From Daphnia carinata (lineage: Eukaryota), in NCBI RefSeq assembly GCF_022539665.2, contig NC_081333.1, positions 7,564,001 to 7,628,000 of the forward strand: a DNA stretch of 64,000 nt, read 5' to 3'. The position numbers were made by a program, and so were the translations under genes. This document shows, piece by piece, positions 54,168 to 64,000 of this stretch (its first letter is position 1; every line of letters starts with the position of its first letter). The notes beneath the pieces are model-generated. The model had not been told where the DNA came from, did not search any database, and saw nothing but the letters and a program-made list of their open reading frames with translations.

Positions 54168-56443
54168 TTACGCGCTTTCATCTTGAGAAATTATAGGACT
54201 ATAATCAGATGACCGAGGACGCGAAGAAATTGGTTCATGAGATAAAGGACCAAGGGAACTGTAGACACGGCGTCGATATACGACGAAAACGATGGAGGCT
54301 ATCACGATGCAGATCAATGTCAATGCAGTTAGGAATGATACCAAAAGCAGGCTTTCGATCTCAACGACCTTGGCACGCTGGACAATATTCAGAAAATGGG
54401 TGGTCATGATTAGGTCGTCGCGGAATAGGACGTGCTTCCCGTCTTGGCAAGACTGCATGTCGTCCACCATCAGGTGAGAGATAGTGCAGATGTGATCCCG
54501 CATGCAGGCTGCGTTGCATTCTTCGAAGACGTGCCCAACTGTATTGAAGAAGTAGCTACGAATTGGATTATAATAGAGTTAGGGACCTGAATAATTCAAC
54601 AGCAAAGCAGTAGAAAAACCCTTTTCATACTAGCGCTCGAAGACTTTGGGATTCGCCACCATGTCTCGGTAGATCGATAGCATGTTTTCCAAGCTCAGAT
54701 CTCGCACGCCGTAAGCGACTGTGGCTTGATACAGCAGTTGCCATTGCGGATTTGTTGGTGTTTGTTCAGCCATTCCAGTTAAGTTAAAATAATATTGCCT
54801 AAAGGTAAGCAATGGTAAAAAAAAAACAGTGACCTAAAACTGGAATTCTGAATTTGCATACCAATAATCATTTATTCCGTTTAGACTGTAGCTGTAAAGC
54901 CTCAGGCTTGGATTGACTCCACCCGTGTGGAGCCATGGCGTTACAGATGGAGACACGAAGGCTACACTTTTCACTTGACCTAATTGGTGAAAAAAAAGTT
55001 TAACATTTTTCACTTGGAAGCAAGATAATGATGGATCGTAATTACGTCGATCGTTGGCAATCAGCCGGAAAGAGTCTGTGTGAGTATGGCCGTAAACTTG
55101 AGTTAGGATAATGTCACCATAGGTTTGGATAAGTTGCACATAGCGGTCGTTTTGACCCGGATTAAAAAACGGTGGCCCGATCCATCTTTCAAAATAGCCT
55201 GGTGGGATATGAGCTGCTACGATGACCTATGGATGTTTCAGATAAAGCAAAAAACTGAACAATGTACTGGCTGACAATAAGGAGAGCATAAACCATGCTA
55301 TCATACTTTGTTCCTTTTGGACTCTGCCGTCTTGAGTTGGAGTTCAAACCATTTCAACTGCTCACAAGGATCGTCTTGGTCATGGGTCAAGTTGTTTGGT
55401 ACATTGTACAAATTCGTGTTTAAAATGATAACCTATACCAATGGAAGTTTTTCAATTTCAAACCACTGCAGATAACTGAAAGTGAAAACAAATTACAGTA
55501 GGATTACAGACCTTTAAGTCGGGTGTGACATCCAGCGAGTAGAATCCACATTTACCAAAGCATTCCTGCGCTTGCTTGTCCAACAGCTCATTCCACCCTC
55601 CTTCACTATTCATAAAAAACAAAAAAAAACACATTTGCTCTTTTTTTTTCCTACAATCGACCAAAAATATCGAATGCGCTCACGTCAAATATGCATGATA
55701 AAAAGCTTCGGCTTCTGCCGGATAAAGGTCTTCCGGGAATACATCATGGTTTCCGAGAACAGGAATTAAGGCTAAAAATAATTAGTACAAGTGAATTAAT
55801 ATCATTATCCAAGTACCGATAATATAAATTGCAATTTCAAAATTTTTACTGGTATTGGGGAAATTTTTTCTAATTGTATTGCTGACATTACGGAGAGATG
55901 AAAATATCACTGACCAGTCGGGTGATGGATCTTTGACATGAGGAGTATTGTCTCTGTGGTAATAACAAAAAATTCAATAAAATTTTTTTTAATTTAGTAC
56001 AATATTGTCCTCTTACCCAGTCCAAATGATAAAATTAGGAGTTACAGTGTTTTCTGCCATTCCTCTGATTGAAAATTCAATCAGATCCCAAGGTGCATCA
56101 CAGCTGTACATTCCATATTGTCCAGCACACGTATAATCACGAGTGTCTGGATTGCTGGATGCAAGCAAATGGTTTTCGTTGCTTGCATGGCACATTGACC
56201 TAGGATCTCCATCTCTACTATATCTTTGGTCCCAATGCAAATCAGTGAGTTGCCAAAAATGACCTATTAGATAAGAAATAACAATGGTTGCACGAAATTA
56301 CTGATAGTTTTAAAGAAAAACATTGATAAACCTGTGTGTTCCGCTGAAAGTTTTATGAAGAAGCTGCCGAAGTGGATTAAGGTGAAAAAAATCTTTATCG
56401 TTCCTGAACTAAACTCCCTCTCTCGATGCCAGGTTATCACCAT
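54168..56443 (-). CDS. SMPDL3: Acid sphingomyelinase-like phosphodiesterase (SMPDL3A/B family), ~541 aa, 10 coding exons: 56443-56332, 56263-56017, 55953-55850, 55771-55684, 55605-55512, 55432-55307, 55226-55046, 54979-54862, 54798-54631, 54555-54168.
   Basis: All calcineurin-like metallophosphoesterase motifs are present in order: HFWQLTDLHWD, GQYGMYSCDAPW, FIIWTGDNTPH, VLGNHD, AHIPPG, YGHTHTDSFR, followed by SPSVTPW...NPSLRLY and the C-terminal C-x3-C-x5-C. No saposin domain, which favours SMPDL3 over SMPD1. Splice phases are consistent (1626 nt). The start codon and first donor are the least certain part. Confidence 0.9.
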
Positions 56444-58544
<2,101 letters not shown>

Positions 58545-60554
58545 CTTGCTTCAACTGACAAAGTAGGTGACACTTACTCCCTCTTCCTTTATGATATAGA
58601 TTGAACAAGGAAAATAGGTATAGCAATTCCCCTCATCCAAGGGTTTTCCCTGTTAAACGAAAATATTTTGTAATCTCAAATAGCCTCACTATAGTATAAC
58701 CGATCCGGTTATATCCTGGTAGAAACGCAAAACTTGACCCTGTTCCATTAAATAGAGATAAGAACAATCAATATCTCTTGTATGCGCTTTAATGCATGTG
58801 TCAATAATGTTCAATTGTTTTATAATTTCATAACGCAAAGCGGGTTTATTCCATATTGACGCGCTAGGCAAACATGTAAATGTCAAACAAAGTCGAAACG
58901 ATCTTATCTTCCTGTTAAATGTTGATGTACTCCTTTCGCATCAGACACTATTTGTGGTATTTTATTTTTGAAGGAAACGTAGAGACCCTCAGAATTCAAT
59001 CGCGGAAAAAACGTTTGTTTTTGATCAGCTGCGTGTTAAGGTGGTCAAAGGGTGGAGAAGAATTTAAAAAATCGATCGTCGTCTTTTGGAAGACAAGCTT
59101 AATGTGCTATAGCGAAACATCGAAGGCATCGGCTCAGTGGTTTATATACAATTGTAGAGGCAGATGGGACATTGAGCGATGACCGTACATAAACAAACCA
59201 GTAGCATGTGGCTTTACACATAAACAGTGGCCATTCTCTTTTTGACACCGGTGATAGAAGATGAGATTTGCGGTTCCACGAAACATAAATGACTTTAGCT
59301 TTCCAACGACGCTTATCAAATTTGAAGATATTTAAAGAAAATAAGTTGTTTCTATGTAATAAGTGCGTACCTAATCGCCGGTTTAGACGAATTGTAAATA
59401 CTATGGAGGGGATTTTTTCTGTTTTTCGCAGCGCGGAATGTCGGTGTTTGTTGATCTGTCGACGCCAGCTCGTTAACCCAAACGCCTTGTTTAACTCCCT
59501 TTGCTAACTAAACCTATACGAAGAGATAGAGTAAGGCAAGGGTAGAGAAGGACTGGTTTTTCTTTTTCCTGAAGATGTGTGTTATACTGTCTACTCAGCT
59601 TTGTATATTTGTTTGCTCCAGCAGCAGGAGCGTGTGCCGACCTGGACTCTGGAACGGGTCGCGGAAGCGCGTCTGGTATCGACCCATCAAAACATGTCGG
59701 CGGCGGCAACCGCGTCACTTTTTCACGTGTTATTTTTCTCTTCCTCTTCCTCTTTGTGGATACACCTCAGATTCATGTAGCTACACTAGCCACACTACAC
59801 TGCGCGCAACCGATTAGTTTAGGGTGAGCCAATCTTCTCACATTCCCCCTTCTCGTTGCCTTTTTATCTTTTTGAACTAAATGGCGTAACACTTAGATGT
59901 TTATTGTTTTTCATATATTTATTATTTGGACTTTGATGGGGAGGGGGGAGCATACATAAGGCCCGTTTTTCTCGACATTGGCTGCCGTGTTTATGTTCAC
60001 GTTACACATTATTTGCTATGAGGGAATGTTCAAAGTCCGTTTGATTGACAATCAAATGTATTGACTCTTTCCACTTGAAGCAAGAGACATAATGATGAGT
60101 TCATTGTATAATCTTAAGCATTCAGTCACAAGGATATATCAAATAATCAAGAAACAAAGCTAGAGACAATACGACAACAAAGGGAAAAAAAATTTGCTAA
60201 CGAATTGACAAGTTGTAGAAAATCAAAGGCACTAAATAAGCTTCACCGGTTTTTCTTCCTTCTCATCGTACACCAATGCATATCATAACGTTCACTTATA
60301 TATTTCAGAAATGAAATCAAATAGAGATAGAGAGAATACTTGGGAAAAAAAGGGGAGAAAAATGCAGACATTTTTAATTAGTCGCTAATGAATAGCGTGT
60401 CATAAGATGTACATAAATATAAAGCCTACTACACCAATTAAATTTTTTTAATTGGTTTGAAGTTGGACACAGAAAAAAAAAAACGAAAGAAGAAGATGTA
60501 GTTTGCATTTTTCCCCCCTCTTTTCCTTCCATCGCTACTCCTTCGTATTACTAA

Positions 60555-61328
60555 CTATGTTAATGAGTTGACGAAGCGATGATTGACAAGTTGTTGGCCT
60601 GTATAGCAGGAGACGAGAGGAAGCGGCGTGATGTGTTCCTTTTGATCAGGCAACGGATCTGGCCGTAGAATATTTTCAATGCTGAAAACAAATTTGTCCT
60701 CACGACGATTCAGCTGAGACTGCTGTTCATGTTGTGGAGTTGCTGGCTGGATAGATGTTTGATGGATCATTCTTGGCTTTCGCTTTCGACGTCGGTAGTT
60801 TCCGTGTTCAAACATGTCATAACATCCCGCGTCAAGAGTCCAAAATGCACCTTTCCCCGGTCGACCTTTCTCCCTCGGTACTTTGATGAAACAATCGTTT
60901 AAACTTAAATTGTGCCTTATTGAATTTTGCCATCCTTGACGGTTTTCTCGGTAGTACGGAAACCGGTCCATGATGAATTGATAAATGCCGTTTAAGGTGA
61001 TTTTTTTGTCTGCAGCCGATTGGATGGCCATTGCAATGAGTGCGATGTAGGAGTACTGTAGTAAGGTAAATCACGAACGTTTTAAAATGAATTATTAATG
61101 TCCTCTTGTTAAAATTTACAATTTGATAGGCAATACCGGTGGTTTTTCTGTTGCGGCTGCTGATGGAATTAATTCCAGTGACGGGTAACCTTCGGCCGCT
61201 GACCAGAGGTAACGACTGAAGGGACTATATGATCCGAAATGTTGTTGAGGTATCCATCCCGATGGATTACTCGGAATCCGAAAGTAGTCCATTAAAATTT
61301 GCTGCGAAGTGGCAGATGAACCGTCCAT
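60555..61328 (-). CDS. FoxL1: Forkhead transcription factor FoxL1 (fd64A-like), ~230 aa. Exons 61328-61137 and 61055-60555.
   Basis: Spliced forkhead domain [79 protein letters not shown]...[15 protein letters not shown], with FoxL1-type residues ([25 protein letters not shown]). C-terminal eh1-like motif FSIENIL. Phase-0 intron CCG|gtattg...tacag|TAC. Confidence 0.92.
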
Positions 61329-63924
61329 AATGTTGGGTATAAGAAGAATGGAACGCAAACGGCCGTGACAACCTTAATGTTCGTCACGAACGAGAAAAAT
61401 AAAACTTCCCCTAGGAGTTTTAGTATCACATCTGATGAAGTCACTCAACAATAAGCACATCCGAGCTGATAAGATACTGGCACCCTGTTCACAAAACGAC
61501 TTATAAAAAACAACAAAGTCCGAACAAATTAAACAAACGCGAAAAACCCGAAAATCATTTAATCACGATGGACTCACGTGCTTTCCAACCAAGACAACTA
61601 ACGCTGACTGACATATTACGCCTACCTGTGTTCCAATGGAATCTGGACCTTCTAATTATCAGTCAGTTTTATTTTCAATTCTGTGTCAAACCGAAGAAAT
61701 CAACAACAGCGGACTGTACTTTGAATGGTTCAAGCGTCATGTGAATCGACGGAAGCAACTGCGGCGGCATCGGCTGTTTAGAAAAAAAAATATATAAAGA
61801 AAAAAAAAGCAGGTTCGAGAGACACTGGGCGTGTGTCAAGATGAAGCTCCTCCTTCCGAAACAGCTTTCTTCCTCCGATCTGTAAGAGAAAGAAGTCTAA
61901 ATGAAAAGGGATGGGAAAAGTGATTGCTTGTTGGCAGCAGCATCTCTATCGTCAACAAAACACACACAACCCCGTTTGGAAGAGACGAGTGGAAACAAAA
62001 GCAACACGTTGGTACATAACTGCCATGACTATTTGTGACCGCCCACGCTGCTGAAGAAAAAACAACAGCCATTTCCTTTTTACGTTATCGTTCTAAAGTT
62101 GTCCTAATTAACTGATGAAGCAACCCGTTATCGGCACACAACGCAAATCAAGAGGAAAGCTTTGAAGGAAAAAGATAAACGGAAGAAATAATAAATCAAA
62201 AATCGGTATGATACCTTCCAGCGGATGGTAAGTCGTGCTTCATGTTGACAAAAGCTTGTTAACACAAAATCGAAAATGCAGGAAGAGCAAGAAATTGTTG
62301 AAAACACATTTAGAATTGGAACAACAGAACGAGAATTTAGAGACCGACCCTCTCATTATTAGTAAATTTCCGTCAGCAGAGCAAGTTAGGCCACCCACAA
62401 AACAAGGACCGTAGAATTTGAGACTGACGCAGCCGTTGGTGCTGCTCTGCTGTGGGAGGGAATAATAGCACTAAACAGAAGAGACGGAGAGAGAGAAAGA
62501 GAAAGACGTCCAAGTTTATTTGTTGTGATTGTTCCAAGGGAAGGTAAACACTGCAGAAGCAGCCAGTGGAGCCTGACGCTACTACTTCTCTCCAACTTGT
62601 GCTCTTCTTTCTCCTTTCTCTGCGTTACCAGGACTATAAACAAACAAAATTGTCTATCCTCCGTAACTGACATTTGCATTTACCCCTTCTGTTTATTCCT
62701 CGAAGTTATGTTGTCACCGTCGGAAGCGAATTCGTTGGTGATTAATCGAGAACTGATAGACAAGAAATCTATCAGACGTCCACTTAACATTTTCGGATTC
62801 AAGATAATTGTATATAAACTCGTCTATTACAGCACGTTTGAAGACAACTTTGGTCGATCGAATCCAAACAAGGGGTGTGCTGTTGCATCCAAGAATGACT
62901 GAATGAGGGCTACAACTTAGAGTAGGTACGTGAAGAAAAAGAGAGCAAGAAGTCAAAGAGGGCCAAGATGTTTATTTTCCAACTTGCTGCCTGTTTGGTT
63001 TGAAAACACCACCGTATTTCGCCGCGCCCTATACTTCGCATCTGTGTGTGCCTGTGTGTACATAACCAATGTTGTGTGTACATAACCAAGACCCCCATCC
63101 AGGATTCAATCAGCTGGTAAATCGCTAAGCTCCGGAAATATATGCACAATTCACATATACACAACGCTGTAGAATCTCCAGTATTAACGAAGAGCTTGCA
63201 ACAATAGCCACACCAAGCGACGCAAGTTTTTAACATTTTGACTTATCTGATGGCAACCAAATGCAAACTAACAGCAAAGCAACAAAGTGCGCTTATCTGT
63301 GATGCCAGGATACGCGGGGACGGTCTTGTAAAACACTGTTTATATTGTCTAGCAGCTTTCATAATAAGCGTTTCATTCAGTGTTACTTTAATGTAGAAGC
63401 AAAAAAATATTTCATTATTCTTTTTGAAACATTTTTGAAGGGCTTCTCTAGTATTTTTAGTTATAGGTCGTTTGGCCGAGTACTAGTACCTTAAAACTTT
63501 ACCAGTGTCGGTTGGTAATGTTGACTAACTAGGCTCTTAAATTTTAACAGGATTTGTTTTGTTTGTTTGTTTCTTTGGGTGTTTGTTTGTGTTTGTTTTG
63601 GACGACAAAGTCGTGAATTTCGTGACAACGTATGTTAATCTCGTCACGGTTCAGGATGACGTTTGCCTATGCTAGGCTGTGAGTCCTAACAAAGAAGACT
63701 TCTATAGAATCATCTATCTCAACGAAGCAGACCAAAACAAACATCACTTTTGACGAATACAACTAAAAAAATTCGGATATTTTATCTTTTTTATTGCACT
63801 TAGACTGGTTAATATTTAATAAAGAAGTGCTTCGAAATATTTTCAAGCCCCAAAATCCACCCACACACGGAATGATTGTATTTCATATTGACCGGTACAT
63901 TTTTTTTCGTTGGCCTTGCCAGGA

Positions 63925-63987
63925 TCAAGCTCCAGGATTCTTCCTCATCAATTCCAAGTCAGATTCCATCATGTCTTTTACCAAATC
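63925..63987 (-). CDS. GMDS: Terminal coding exon of GDP-mannose 4,6-dehydratase; the rest of the gene lies beyond the window end.
   Basis: After the acceptor tcttgtag| the sequence reads DLVKDMMESDLELMRKNPGA*. This closely resembles the animal GMDS C-terminus as I recall it (human ...ELVREMVHADVELMRTNPNA*). Only 20 residues are available. Confidence 0.78.
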   Translation of the reverse strand, partial: DLVKDMMESDLELMRKNPGA

Positions 63988-64000
63988 CTACAAGATGAGG

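Noticed and set aside
54629..54634. Apparent TAG stop ending ORF 54630-54812 in SMPDL3 (similarly at 57970-57972 in DUS2)
   Set aside because: In both cases it is TA|gt at a splice donor, and splicing completes a Tyr codon.
63053..63089. 17-bp direct repeat TGTGTGTACATAACCAA x2
   Set aside because: Only two copies with a 3-nt spacer, so a simple local duplication rather than an array or CRISPR.

Overview
Eukaryotic (arthropod) genomic DNA. AT-richness, many ~60-80 nt GT-AG introns, and dense homopolymers and microsatellites suggest a Daphnia-like crustacean; the taxon is inferred, not shown. Positions 1-28.5 kb are almost free of recognisable genes and lie upstream of a Scratch-family (Snail superfamily) C2H2 zinc-finger gene (probable exons 28557-28638 and 30499-31322). 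Downstream I could assemble spliced models by hand for: a standalone Schlafen/AlbA_2-domain protein with intact nuclease-type acidic residues (39222-40255, -); an uncharacterised acidic CaaX-terminated protein with an RVxF motif and apparently three alternative first exons (42827-52489, +); an SMPDL3-like metallophosphoesterase with a C-terminal transmembrane helix (54168-56443, -); DUS2, head-to-head with it and carrying one extra A in an A9 run (56862-58544, +); FoxL1 (60555-61328, -); and the last exon of GDP-mannose 4,6-dehydratase (63925-63987, -). The best leads are the minimal Schlafen protein, the modular CaaX/RVxF gene, an orphan Scratch-like zinc-finger exon at ~18.4 kb, the membrane-anchored SMPDL3, and possible ancient scratch-FoxL1 linkage. 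Most short ORFs in the supplied track are low-complexity noise. All exon boundaries were read by eye and need RNA-seq confirmation.
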